Assembly (NCBI GenBank): GCA_965369175.1
Contig: CBDUPR010000002.1
Span: 60,012 to 124,011, forward strand
Source of the DNA: an uncultured Nitrosomonas sp.
Lineage (GTDB): Bacteria; Pseudomonadota; Gammaproteobacteria; Burkholderiales; Nitrosomonadaceae
Reading direction: 5' to 3'
DNA: 64,000 bases
This document shows positions 51,168-60,797 of the stretch, in pieces; the first letter of the stretch is position 1, and the number at the start of each line of letters is the position of its first letter. The notes beneath the pieces are model-generated. The model saw only the letters and a list, made by a program, of their open reading frames with translations. It was not told the DNA's origin and made no database searches. Both the position numbers and the translations under genes were made by a program.

Positions 51168-51795
51168 TAGGCCTAGAAAATAGAGTTGCTTCCAGAATTC
51201 GCCTTATAGCGGCTTGTACTTCATTAAGCGATTGACTGGCATCGATACGATAGATGCGATCAGGAAACTCATCAACCCTCTCAAGGTAGATTGCTCGTAC
51301 ACGGTTGAAGAAGTCTTGCTGTTCTTTCTCAAATCGATCAGTGGAATTGATAGCGCTGATTCGTTGTCTGCCTAATTCGACTGGCACATCAAAGTATAAT
51401 GTTAAATCAGGTTGCATCTTGCCTTGTATCCATTGTTCCAATATCTCTAGCTTGATTCTTTTTACCTGTCTTCCCCCACCCTGATAAGCAAAACTGGCAT
51501 CGGTAAATCGATCTGACACTACCCAGTCACCTCGTTCCAGAGCGGGCAGTATGACCTTGTCCAGATGTTCGCGCCGTGCTGCAAACATCAATAATGTCTC
51601 CGTTTCAGGGTGTATGGTCAAATTACTATCAAGCAGAATAGCACGTAGCTCTTCACCAAGAGGGGTTCCCCCGGGTTCTCGTGTGGTGATTACGGTTATT
51701 CCTCTGCGTTGTAAGAATTCTTTTATCCAGGTTAATTGTGTACTTTTACCTGCACCATCTATGCCCTCAAGAGTGATCAGCTGACCTTGACTCAT
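51160..51795 (-). CDS. tmk: thymidylate kinase
   Basis: The Met at 51795 gives MSQGQLITLEGIDGAGKST (P-loop), plus DRF and lid motifs. The 13-codon upstream extension in the track is unlikely. Confidence 0.93.
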   Translation of the reverse strand: MSQGQLITLEGIDGAGKSTQLTWIKEFLQRRGITVITTREPGGTPLGEELRAILLDSNLTIHPETETLLMFAARREHLDKVILPALERGDWVVSDRFTDASFAYQGGGRQVKRIKLEILEQWIQGKMQPDLTLYFDVPVELGRQRISAINSTDRFEKEQQDFFNRVRAIYLERVDEFPDRIYRIDASQSLNEVQAAIRRILEATLFSRPNA

Positions 51796-51890
51796 ACTGC
51801 AAATGATCCTATAAAAATTTCTCAACCGGCTCATCTATTTCCGAATTTTATCTGTATAAGCTAATATGCTGAAAAATTCAAAATTAATAA

Positions 51891-52475
51891 ATGCAAATTA
51901 ACACACTAGGTTATTTGGATAAAGCTTGCTTTATTGCTTCGCCTAACTTTGATGAGCGACCTGAGGAATGCGACATCAGCTTATTGGTGATACATAACAT
52001 CAGCCTGCCACCTAATGAATTTGGGGGCCAAGGTGTTATTGAGCTATTTACCAATCAAATTAATCCAAGTGTACATCCTTATTATCAGAATTTATGTGGT
52101 CTCCGAGTTTCAGCCCATTTCTTCATTCGCCGTAACGGAGCAATTATACAGTTTGTTGCTTGTGCTCAACGAGCCTGGCATGCGGGTGTATCATGCTGGC
52201 AAGGAAGGAATCGCTGCAATGATTTTTCTATCGGCATAGAACTTGAAGGGAGTGACACGACTATCTTTACTGAAATCCAGTATGCAAAGTTGGTTGCTCT
52301 TACGCATGCTTTATGCAAGCGTTATCCTATTAAAGACATTGTTGGGCATGCCGATATCGCACCTGGTCGCAAAACGGATCCAGGTCCCTATTTTAACTGG
52401 CAAGATTATCGTGCCGTGCTCTATTCGACAAGCCTTTCCGGAATAAAATGTGGCATAGATAATCCGAAGGAATAA
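51891..52475 (+). CDS. ampD: 1,6-anhydro-N-acetylmuramyl-L-alanine amidase AmpD
   Basis: 194-aa ORF with Amidase_2 motifs (HNISLPP, AWHAGVS, FSIGIELEG, GHADIAPGRKTDPGP). Confidence 0.9.
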   Translation: MQINTLGYLDKACFIASPNFDERPEECDISLLVIHNISLPPNEFGGQGVIELFTNQINPSVHPYYQNLCGLRVSAHFFIRRNGAIIQFVACAQRAWHAGVSCWQGRNRCNDFSIGIELEGSDTTIFTEIQYAKLVALTHALCKRYPIKDIVGHADIAPGRKTDPGPYFNWQDYRAVLYSTSLSGIKCGIDNPKE

Positions 52476-52582
52476 TTATCCTCAAAAGACGCGTCCCATC
52501 TGGCTTAAAAATATCGGCCAGAAAACTCTGGATGAGAATTTAACCCACCGTTCTAACAGCCTGTCTATTAGGAGAGAATACC

Positions 52583-52705
52583 ATGAGTCAATCAGTGGTT
52601 GAATTTTCTATCAGGAATCTGCTTGGGGTTTGGGTTTGTTTTTTGTTCATTATTCACGGTCGGTTTTATAGTGTAGAGCTATGTGGCAGCATTCAACGGA
52701 AGTAA
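52583..52705 (+). CDS. possible 40-aa hydrophobic small protein
   Basis: ATG with GGAGAG 7 nt upstream. The product is MSQSVVEFSIRNLLGVWVCFLFIIHGRFYSVELCGSIQRK, with one TM-like segment, and is followed by a strong hairpin terminator. It is below the ORF-track cutoff and I have no homology evidence. Confidence 0.3.
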   Translation: MSQSVVEFSIRNLLGVWVCFLFIIHGRFYSVELCGSIQRK

Positions 52706-52727
52706 GACAAACAATCGCGAAATAAAG

Positions 52728-52757
52728 AAACTACGAGGTGAAAAGGCCTCGTAGTTT
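52728..52757. terminator. bidirectional intrinsic terminator (11-bp perfect stem)
   Basis: AAACTACGAGG-tgaaaagg-CCTCGTAGTTT. It is flanked by a T-rich run on the plus strand (TTTATT) and on the minus strand (TTTCTTTATTT). It lies between convergent ampD/small ORF and the mutarotase gene. Confidence 0.65.
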
Positions 52758-52836
52758 ATTGACTGTTTATGCAGTTTTTTCATATACTATCAATTAAGTA
52801 CTGTGACTTCTCTAAGCAGTATTTTGATACCCTTAG

Positions 52837-53742
52837 TTAATCCCGTATGATGCGATAGTTTGCAACCAGTCGGCACTCATTATTAGGCGTAACTGTTATC
52901 ACATCAGTGGCGGCATTGGTAGTCTCGACGCACAGCAGATGTTGGTAATCCGTATCTTGTAAATCGGCCATCTCAACGGCTATTTCTTTCCATGGGTTCC
53001 ATACTACTGCTGTTTTATTGCCGCTTGATGTAATCTGTATACGACGTTTTAAGAAAATATCTTCAATAACCAGTTTATTGAGAACATCAAGATAGATGCG
53101 ATCCACTTCAGCATTAATTGTGACAGCCCCTACTTGTTTTTTTTGCTTACTGCTATCAACCTTATCGATATACTCATGGCCTTCCAGGCCCAATATTGTT
53201 GCTTGGTGTATATTTCCAACCCTGAAATAAGTATGAAATGCCTGCGTAATAGAGAATGGGTCTGTCCCTGTGTTGCGCGTGATTAGCTCTAAATTTAAAG
53301 TATCTCCAATCGTAATTTCTTGTGTTAGGGAAAAAGCATGTGGCCAGATAGCCTGGGTTTCAGGTGTGTCCGCTAAGCCGAGCGTTATACTCAGATCGCC
53401 ATTTGTGGTTATCTCAGTGTTCACAACATTCCAGAGCCGATTACGTACAAAACCATGTCCCGGGCGCCCCAATCCTTCCGGATCCGAGCCAAACCACGGC
53501 CAACAGATAGGTGCCCCGCCTTTAATGGCCTTTCCCACCTGATAATAAGCCTTTTCACTTAAGAACATTAAATCATCAGGTTCACCGGCAGGCTGAAAGG
53601 ATAAAACCTGACCGGCATGAATGGAAATGAGTGCGCGGGCTTTGCTACTACTGACCTGTATCATAGGTAATCTACCTTTACCTTCGATAAATTCTAGTTG
53701 ACCAGAGATTCCGTACTTGGCGTTAAGATGTTCAATATTCAT
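52837..53742 (-). CDS. D-hexose-6-phosphate mutarotase (aldose 1-epimerase family, YeaD-like)
   Basis: 301-aa ORF with family motifs GGAPICWPWFG, HGFVRN and FHTYF. Confidence 0.8.
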   Translation of the reverse strand: MNIEHLNAKYGISGQLEFIEGKGRLPMIQVSSSKARALISIHAGQVLSFQPAGEPDDLMFLSEKAYYQVGKAIKGGAPICWPWFGSDPEGLGRPGHGFVRNRLWNVVNTEITTNGDLSITLGLADTPETQAIWPHAFSLTQEITIGDTLNLELITRNTGTDPFSITQAFHTYFRVGNIHQATILGLEGHEYIDKVDSSKQKKQVGAVTINAEVDRIYLDVLNKLVIEDIFLKRRIQITSSGNKTAVVWNPWKEIAVEMADLQDTDYQHLLCVETTNAATDVITVTPNNECRLVANYRIIRD

Positions 53743-54104
53743 GATACCTATCCTGTTTGGATGATTGTTAATTTGAGATGGCTGCTGAGTTAAAGAGCAT
53801 TGCGTACATTTGTAATCTATTGATTAAAATTACCCTATTTATTTTTTGTGTTAATTTGAATCACGATTATAGTAAAAATGCCAATTAATTTATGGCGGAT
53901 GTGAAGTATCGCTTAGATAACACCGCCATTATTGATGACACGATTTTTTGATCGCGCCACCTATATCGTGTGTAGCAATAGAAATCAACATTGCCAATAG
54001 TATCCCTTAAATGCAAACGGATTCATTTGCGTGGTGATGAATAATGGAAATAGTTTATTTCGGTGCTTCATGCGATTTGATTAGAAATATCGGAGCAGTT
54101 GTTT

Positions 54105-55184
54105 TCATTTATGTTGTCGTAATGCCCATTGCACATGCTCTCGGACTAATGGCGAATCATCATCATGGCGAGCCCACAATGCATTCATTATCTTTGGGGA
54201 TGAGGCTGCATTGCCTAAACCTACTGCTAGATTCCGTAGCCACTGTTTATGGCCAATACGACGAATCGGACTACCCGCAAGCCGCAGATCAAATTCTTCT
54301 TTGCTCCATGAGAATAATTCGACCAGGGACGCATTATCCAAACCGTGTCGTACGGAAAAGTCATTTTCGTTCGTTATCTTGGCAAATTTATTCCAAGGGC
54401 AGACTAACTGACAATCATCACACCCATATACTCGGTTACCAATTAAAGGACGTAGTGTTTCCGGAATACTTCCTTTAAGCTCAATGGTTAAATAGGAAAT
54501 ACAGCGTCTGGCATCCAGTTGATAGGGTGCGATAATTGCTTGTGTCGGGCAAATATCAATACATTTTGAACAAGTGCCACAATAATTTCCAATGGCTTCA
54601 TCTACAGGCAGCGGCAAATCGGTATATATCTCGCCTAAAAAGAACATTGAACCTGCTTCCCGTGAAAGTAACAAGGTGTGTTTTCCGCGCCAGCCCAGTC
54701 CAGATCTTTGAGCCCATTCCACTTCCATTACCGGTGCGCTATCAGAAAATACACGATAATTAAATGGAGTTACTTCCAGCGCGATTTTATCGGCTAGTTT
54801 TTGTAATCGTGCGCGCAATACTTTATGATAATCGCGCCCCAATGCATAACGAGAGATAAATGCCTGATTACCTGATTTGATCACAGCCCAGCTATTTTCT
54901 GCTAATGGCGGTGTGTAATTCATGCATACGGAAATGACACGTTGTGTTCCCGGTACCAGTTCCGACGGGCGAGTACGTTTAATGCCATGTTTTGCCATAT
55001 AATCCATGTCGCCGTGATATCCCTTGCCTAACCATTCTAAAAGGTTTGATTCAACAGGCGATATATCTGTATTAGCGTCCGCAATTCGAATATCCTGGAA
55101 GCCCAGTTCCTTACCCCAGGCTTTAATAATGGTTGCTAAAGATATAAAATCATATGACACATTTAAAGGGGTGTTTTCTTGCAT
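54105..55184 (-). CDS. queG: epoxyqueuosine reductase
   Basis: The Met at 55184 aligns with the E. coli QueG N-terminus (IKAWGKELGFQ). It has two 4Fe-4S ferredoxin motifs (CGTCSKCIDICP, CDDCQLVCPWN) and HEAT-like C-terminal repeats. Confidence 0.9.
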   Translation of the reverse strand: MQENTPLNVSYDFISLATIIKAWGKELGFQDIRIADANTDISPVESNLLEWLGKGYHGDMDYMAKHGIKRTRPSELVPGTQRVISVCMNYTPPLAENSWAVIKSGNQAFISRYALGRDYHKVLRARLQKLADKIALEVTPFNYRVFSDSAPVMEVEWAQRSGLGWRGKHTLLLSREAGSMFFLGEIYTDLPLPVDEAIGNYCGTCSKCIDICPTQAIIAPYQLDARRCISYLTIELKGSIPETLRPLIGNRVYGCDDCQLVCPWNKFAKITNENDFSVRHGLDNASLVELFSWSKEEFDLRLAGSPIRRIGHKQWLRNLAVGLGNAASSPKIMNALWARHDDDSPLVREHVQWALRQHK

Positions 55185-55691
55185 AATTTTCAGCGTATTG
55201 GTCTTGACTATAGTTCGACTCGGAATTCTACCTGTCACCTTGTTGATGAGATAGCAACTCTGGAGTTTGGTGCCGCAATTGCCAAAGTTCTGCATGCAGG
55301 TTTGACTATTTTCCTAAATGGCAATCTTGGCGCGGGCAAAACAACATTAGCACGTGGTATTCTACATGGACTCGGTCACGAAGATATAGTTAAGAGTCCC
55401 ACATATAATTTAGTTGAAATTTATAAATTTTCTCGGTTATACTTCTATCACTTTGATTTTTATCGTTTCAATGATCCAGTAGAGTGGGAAGAAGCGGGTT
55501 TTCGTGAATATTTTAATGCGAATTCAATTTGTCTGGTGGAATGGCCAGAAAAAGCAGGTAAACTATTGCCCACTGCAGACTTACAGTTTTCTATCTGTAT
55601 TGCTGAGCCAGGCCGAAGTATTAAAATTCAAACAGGGACGGAGGCAGGAAATCGATGTTTGGTACAATGGCAAAATTCAGAGTGTCTCTGA
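55179..55691 (+). CDS. tsaE: tRNA t6A37 biosynthesis ATPase TsaE
   Basis: 170-aa ORF with Walker A GNLGAGKTTLARG, SPTYNLVE and HFDFYR motifs. TTG 55179 is the only canonical in-frame start. Confidence 0.85.
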   Translation: MHNFQRIGLDYSSTRNSTCHLVDEIATLEFGAAIAKVLHAGLTIFLNGNLGAGKTTLARGILHGLGHEDIVKSPTYNLVEIYKFSRLYFYHFDFYRFNDPVEWEEAGFREYFNANSICLVEWPEKAGKLLPTADLQFSICIAEPGRSIKIQTGTEAGNRCLVQWQNSECL

Positions 55692-55696
55692 TCAAA

Positions 55697-57055
55697 ATGG
55701 CGCGTGCTGATCATTTCCCTTTTGTAGCATCTTTTTTTCTAACATATTTACTGATTGCGATTGTATTATCGCTTTCTCTATTCAGTAAGACTGTATTTGC
55801 GGCTACTGAAATTCATTCTGTGCGTGTTTGGTCGGAATCATCGGAACGTACCCGCTTTACATTGGAATCGAACCTGCCGATCCAGTATGCCCTCCTCACC
55901 TTGGATAATCCAAAGCGTGTGGTTATTGATTTAAAAGATATTGAACTGACACCTGTACTGAAAAGCCTGCCGGATCAAGTTAACGCAACTGACCCCCTTA
56001 TTCAGAAAGCGCGTATCGGACGTTTTAAGCCACATATATTACGGCTAGTACTCGATGTTAGGACGGATGTTGTACCACAAGCATTTACACTTGAGCCGGT
56101 AGATAATTTTGGTCACAGACTAGTGCTTGATGTTTACCATGCAGATCAGGCAGTTCAAACGGATTCGCTGGATGATTTAATCGTTTTACTGACTCGATCA
56201 AGTGAATCGGAAAATTTGGAAAGCCCTGAATCAAGACCGCATAAAACCGTTAAAACTATCAATCAACATAAACCTGATATTATTAATCATCGTAAGCCTT
56301 ATATCGTCAGTAACCGTAAGCCCGCTTCGCCGCGAACCATCATTGTTGCTATTGATCCGGGCCATGGCGGTAAAGATCCAGGTGCAATTGGTCATAAGGG
56401 TACGCACGAAAAGGATATTACTCTGGCGATTGCTAAAAAGCTTAAAGCCAGGATTGATAAAGAACCGAATATGCGAGCAGTCCTCACACGCGATGGTGAT
56501 TATTATATTTCACTGCCTATGCGACGTGATAAAGCACGCAGCTTTAATGCCGATTTATTTGTATCGGTTCATGCTGACGCTTTTCATAAAACACATGCAC
56601 GGGGCTCTTCTGTATTTACGCTATCTCAGAATGGTGCGACTTCTACTGCTGCCAGCTGGTTAGCGAGAAAGGAAAACAGTGTTGATGGTGATTTAATGGG
56701 GGGTGTTGATATCACCTCTAAGCCTGCCGATATACAAAAATTATTAATTGATCTATCGTTAAACGCTACTATTAATGATAGTGCTAAACTTGCAGATCAT
56801 GTTCTTGAAGAAATTAGTGGCATTAATCACCTGCATAAGAAAAACGTTGAGCAGGCCGGATTTGCCGTACTAAAATCACCAGATATTCCATCGATTCTAG
56901 TTGAAACAGCCTTTCTTAGTAATCCGAACGAAGAAGAAAAATTAAAAACTGCTGCCTATCAAAACAAGATGGCTGATGCCATGTTCGCAGGTATCAAGCG
57001 CTACTTTGCTACGGGTCCGGCGTTAGCGCGGGAGAAAATGGCTCAAGCGGAATAA
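55697..57055 (+). CDS. amiC: N-acetylmuramoyl-L-alanine amidase, AmiC-type (AMIN plus Amidase_3)
   Basis: The AMIN domain (IHSVRVWSESSERTRFTLE) is followed by a linker and an Amidase_3 domain (IDPGHGGKDPGA, SVHADA, ETAFLSN). The ATG at 55697 follows the tsaE stop. Confidence 0.9.
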   Translation: MARADHFPFVASFFLTYLLIAIVLSLSLFSKTVFAATEIHSVRVWSESSERTRFTLESNLPIQYALLTLDNPKRVVIDLKDIELTPVLKSLPDQVNATDPLIQKARIGRFKPHILRLVLDVRTDVVPQAFTLEPVDNFGHRLVLDVYHADQAVQTDSLDDLIVLLTRSSESENLESPESRPHKTVKTINQHKPDIINHRKPYIVSNRKPASPRTIIVAIDPGHGGKDPGAIGHKGTHEKDITLAIAKKLKARIDKEPNMRAVLTRDGDYYISLPMRRDKARSFNADLFVSVHADAFHKTHARGSSVFTLSQNGATSTAASWLARKENSVDGDLMGGVDITSKPADIQKLLIDLSLNATINDSAKLADHVLEEISGINHLHKKNVEQAGFAVLKSPDIPSILVETAFLSNPNEEEKLKTAAYQNKMADAMFAGIKRYFATGPALAREKMAQAE

Positions 57056-57250
57056 GTGGTAAGGGGTTACCAATATATGCAATGTATGACTACGCGTTGA
57101 CAGTCCTTAACTGGCTGGTTATCTGATAAATAGGTGTTTCAGGTAGTGTTATTAAGTTAATTATGATCATTTTTATGATGCGATCTGTCCAATCTGTTTA
57201 ATGATAAAAGGAGTCCATGGTATCAACTCATAAAGTGCCAGGAAAAGATA

Positions 57251-58390
57251 TTGATGCCAACTCGTCTTGATAAGTCCTTCACTCATTGGTATCGATTCAC
57301 TTCTGATGACGGTGTAAAACGTCTGATACTCACGGGGGACTTTACTTTAGTTACTCTCGGACAACAACTACAAACACTAATTATTGATCTTGGTAATTAC
57401 GCTGATGATCCTGATTTATATTGGGACTTAACTGAGATTAAACAAATGGACGCTGCGGGCGTAATATTACTATGGCGCGCTTGGAATTCACAGCGTCCGG
57501 TGCACATATTGCTGCGACCAGAGCAGGAAAAAATGTTTGAGCGACTTGAGAAACAGGCCGTTTCTTTCGACGAACCAAAATCTCATAATCTGTTATGGCC
57601 CGTCATAATAGCAGGGAGAGTCGCGCTACTGCTATGGGAACATCTGATTGGAATCGTTATTCTAATCGGTCAGTTATTGCTTAGCGTCAAGCTTCTGATC
57701 AGATACCCGCGCCATATTCCTTGGCGTGAGATTTCTGCAAATTTATATCGTACTGGTGCACAAGCATTGGGTATTACCGCACTGGTAGGATTTCTTATTG
57801 GTATCGTATTGAGTTATCTTTCTTCCAAGCAATTACAAATGTTTGGAGCAGATATCTTTATTATTAATATTCTGGGTATCAGTATTATCCGAGAATTAGG
57901 TCCTTTGCTCGCTGCAATTCTGGTAGCAGGGCGTTCCGGCTCTTCTATGACCGCGCAATTAGGCGTTATGAGAGTAACCGAGGAATTAGATGCGCTGACC
58001 GTGATGGGTATTTCTCATAGCCAACGCTTGGTATTGCCCAAAGTATTAGGATTGGGCATTGCAATGCCATTGTTAGTATTATGGACCAGCGCTGTTGCAC
58101 TAATGGGTGGCATAGTGGCAGCGGAATTACAGTTAGGACTGAGTTATCAATATTTCTTAACAGCATTACCAGATGCAGTACCAACAGCTAATTTATGGCT
58201 AGGATTAGGAAAAGGAGCTGTTTGCGGTATGGTAATTGCATTGATAGCTTGTCATTTCGGCTTAAGAATCAAACCCAATACCGAGAGCCTGGGCGAGGGT
58301 ACGACTAATTCAGTCGTCACAGCAATCACTGTTGTTATCATTATTGATGCAATTTTTGCCATTGTGTTTTCAGATGTCGGGCTTCTATAA
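57251..58390 (+). CDS. MlaE-family ABC permease with N-terminal STAS domain
   Basis: 379-aa ORF. The first 100 or so residues look STAS-like (ILTGDFTLVTLG ... EIKQMDAAGVILLW). The remainder is MlaE/Ttg2B-type (RELGPLLAAILVAGRSGSSMTAQLGVMRVTEELDAL). Confidence 0.85.
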   Translation: MMPTRLDKSFTHWYRFTSDDGVKRLILTGDFTLVTLGQQLQTLIIDLGNYADDPDLYWDLTEIKQMDAAGVILLWRAWNSQRPVHILLRPEQEKMFERLEKQAVSFDEPKSHNLLWPVIIAGRVALLLWEHLIGIVILIGQLLLSVKLLIRYPRHIPWREISANLYRTGAQALGITALVGFLIGIVLSYLSSKQLQMFGADIFIINILGISIIRELGPLLAAILVAGRSGSSMTAQLGVMRVTEELDALTVMGISHSQRLVLPKVLGLGIAMPLLVLWTSAVALMGGIVAAELQLGLSYQYFLTALPDAVPTANLWLGLGKGAVCGMVIALIACHFGLRIKPNTESLGEGTTNSVVTAITVVIIIDAIFAIVFSDVGLL

Positions 58391-58394
58391 GGAG

Positions 58395-59138
58395 ATGGTT
58401 ACTCAAAACTGTATCATTGAAATTGAGGCATTACATACTCGCTTTGGTCAGCTGGTAGTTCATCGGGATATTAATCTATGCGTGCATTATCACGAGGTAC
58501 TGACGTTGGTTGGCGGCTCTGGTAGTGGGAAAACAACATTACTACGACAGATGCTGGGTCTAGAGAAACCAAGTAAGGGCAACATAAGGGTTTTTGGTGC
58601 TTCCAGATGTGATTGTGATTTTGATCTGCTGAGAAACATCCGTAATCGATCAGGAGTGTTATTCCAACAAGGTGCTTTATTTAGTGCCCTATCTGTGTTT
58701 GATAATGTTGCACTGCCATTACGTGAACTTCGTATTTTAGATGAACAGATGATACGTGACTTGGTTATGTTCAAACTTGATATGGTTGCTATCGGGTCAC
58801 AACATGCAAATAAAATGCCTGCAGATCTTTCCGGCGGGATGGTTAAACGAGTCGCGTTGGCACGCGCTTTGGCATTAGATCCAGAGCTGTTATTTCTTGA
58901 TGAGCCAACTGCAGGATTAGATCCTGAGCTTAGCGAAGGTTTTGTGAAGCTGATACTTGCTTTACGTGCCGAAATGAATCTGACTATTGTCATGGTGACA
59001 CACGATCTGGAAACATTATCTGCCTTATCGAGTCGTATAGCGGTATTAGCCGATCAACAAATCGTGGCAATAGGTAATCTACAGGACATACGCCATCATC
59101 AACATCCATTTATTAATAGCTTTTTTAAGACTGCATAG
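58395..59138 (+). CDS. ABC transporter ATP-binding protein (MlaF-like)
   Basis: The ATG at 58395 follows TAAGGAG. Walker A GGSGSGKTT, signature LSGGMVKRVALARA and Walker B LLFLDEPTAGLD are present. Confidence 0.9.
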   Translation: MVTQNCIIEIEALHTRFGQLVVHRDINLCVHYHEVLTLVGGSGSGKTTLLRQMLGLEKPSKGNIRVFGASRCDCDFDLLRNIRNRSGVLFQQGALFSALSVFDNVALPLRELRILDEQMIRDLVMFKLDMVAIGSQHANKMPADLSGGMVKRVALARALALDPELLFLDEPTAGLDPELSEGFVKLILALRAEMNLTIVMVTHDLETLSALSSRIAVLADQQIVAIGNLQDIRHHQHPFINSFFKTA

Positions 59139-59181
59139 AATAGGCCCACAATAGGAAATAGTAAACAAGAAGAGAGATATT

Positions 59182-60066
59182 ATGGAAAATCGTGCGCACG
59201 CCCTGGTAGCGGGCTTATTTGTGATTTCCTTAAGTGTAGCTGCAATGTTCGTTGCTACATGGTTCAATGGAGATGTTACCAAGCGGAGTGATTACCTTGT
59301 GGTAACAAATGAATCAGTCACAGGACTTAATTCCCAGGCAGCAGTACATTATCGCGGGGTCAATATTGGTAAAGTAGAAAATATCCGTTTTAATCCGGAT
59401 AATTTAAACCAGATTCTGATTGATATTTCAGTAGATGAAAATGTTATGCTGACCAAAAGTGTATATGCCCAGCTTGGCTATCAAGGTGTGACTGGGTTAG
59501 CTTATGTCCAGTTAAATGATGACAGGAGTGAGCCTGAGCCATTACAACATGATGCACAGATTCCAATGCGCCGCTCATTATTCGAGGAAGTCGCGGGTTC
59601 TGGGCAAGACTTACTGAGTAATGTAAACGAATTAGTAAAAAAAATGCATCTGTTATTGAGCGAACAAAATCAGGTTCAATTTTCGAGTATTTTGAAAAAT
59701 ATAGAGAAAGCAACGGGCCAGTTTGATGAGACTGCTAAGCAATTACAGCCTGTATTTAAGTCATTTTCAGGCTTAACCACAGAAACAGAGTCGGTTGTAG
59801 GCCACCTTGATCAATTGTTGCTTGAGATTCGTCATATTACAGCGAGAGTTAATCAGCAGGGAGGAATTATGGATAACCTGTCTCAAAGTACTGAAGAACT
59901 TGCTGCTGCCATTCCAGAGCTTCATAGAATAAGTGATGGAGTGACACGCAGTACTTATAATTTAGATCGTGTTCTTCGCCAAGTGGAGGAAAATCCACAA
60001 AGTTTATTATTTGGTAGTCCCCCGCCGCTACCAGGCCCGGGAGAATATGGCTTTATATCACCCTAA
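59182..60066 (+). CDS. MCE/MlaD-family substrate-binding protein
   Basis: 294-aa ORF with an N-terminal anchor helix, an MCE domain (VTGLNSQAAVHYRGVNIGKVENI) and a helical C-terminal extension. Confidence 0.85.
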   Translation: MENRAHALVAGLFVISLSVAAMFVATWFNGDVTKRSDYLVVTNESVTGLNSQAAVHYRGVNIGKVENIRFNPDNLNQILIDISVDENVMLTKSVYAQLGYQGVTGLAYVQLNDDRSEPEPLQHDAQIPMRRSLFEEVAGSGQDLLSNVNELVKKMHLLLSEQNQVQFSSILKNIEKATGQFDETAKQLQPVFKSFSGLTTETESVVGHLDQLLLEIRHITARVNQQGGIMDNLSQSTEELAAAIPELHRISDGVTRSTYNLDRVLRQVEENPQSLLFGSPPPLPGPGEYGFISP

Positions 60067-60076
60067 GCGACAACTA

Positions 60077-60727
60077 ATGAGAAAAATTCTTATATTGATT
60101 GTGTTGCTGCTTTCAGGGTGCGCTGTGGGGCCCCGATCGGAAGTTCCTGTCGCGATTTATGATCTTGGATTGGTCCATTCGTCGCATGTTGCTGATACAG
60201 TCAAATCACCACGCATAGAAACAGCAAATTTGCTGGTAGCAGAAGTGATGTCGCCGATATGGCTTGATAGTCAAGCAATACGATATCGTTTTGCTTATCA
60301 TAATTCCTCACAATCATATGCATATGCTTATAGTCGCTGGATTGCTGCACCTGCGGTTTTGCTCACACAGAGAATGAGAAGTCGTATTGTTACTAACACT
60401 GATAATAAAGTCATAAGGGACAAGAATAGTGCAAAGGTTGATTATGCACTGTATACCGAACTTGAAGAATTTTCTCAGGTTTTTGATGCTGCTGATAATA
60501 GTCATGTTGTAATTAGCCTGCGTGCCCATCTGATTGAGCAGCGTACCCGTTTAATACTGGCTCAACATCATTTTCATATAAATATAACCGCTCCTACTCC
60601 GGATGCCACAGGAGCTGTAGCGGCCTTGACTGAAGGAACGAATGAGTTGCTTGATAATTTGCTAAACTGGCTTACTAGGGAAATAGTCAATCGAAAACTA
60701 TCTGTCCAATCTGTTGCAGATAATTAG
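60077..60727 (+). CDS. ABC-type transport auxiliary lipoprotein (PqiC/DUF330-like)
   Basis: The Met at 60077 gives MRKILILIVLLLSGCAV, with a lipobox. Position after an MCE gene is typical of the auxiliary lipoprotein component. Confidence 0.7.
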   Translation: MRKILILIVLLLSGCAVGPRSEVPVAIYDLGLVHSSHVADTVKSPRIETANLLVAEVMSPIWLDSQAIRYRFAYHNSSQSYAYAYSRWIAAPAVLLTQRMRSRIVTNTDNKVIRDKNSAKVDYALYTELEEFSQVFDAADNSHVVISLRAHLIEQRTRLILAQHHFHINITAPTPDATGAVAALTEGTNELLDNLLNWLTREIVNRKLSVQSVADN

Positions 60728-60797
60728 TTTTATGTATCGCTGCGGCGGGGCTTACTTATGTTAATATCCTGATATTTATAGATTTGAAGATTCTTTT

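Noticed and set aside
58490-58993. 167-aa minus-strand ORF. Similar shadow ORFs occur at 16840..17283, 34301..34759, 45751..46188, 54044..54478, 56202..56663 and 29512..29925.
   Set aside because: All are embedded in, or antisense to, genes with strong family motifs. They are typical shadow ORFs with no independent signals.
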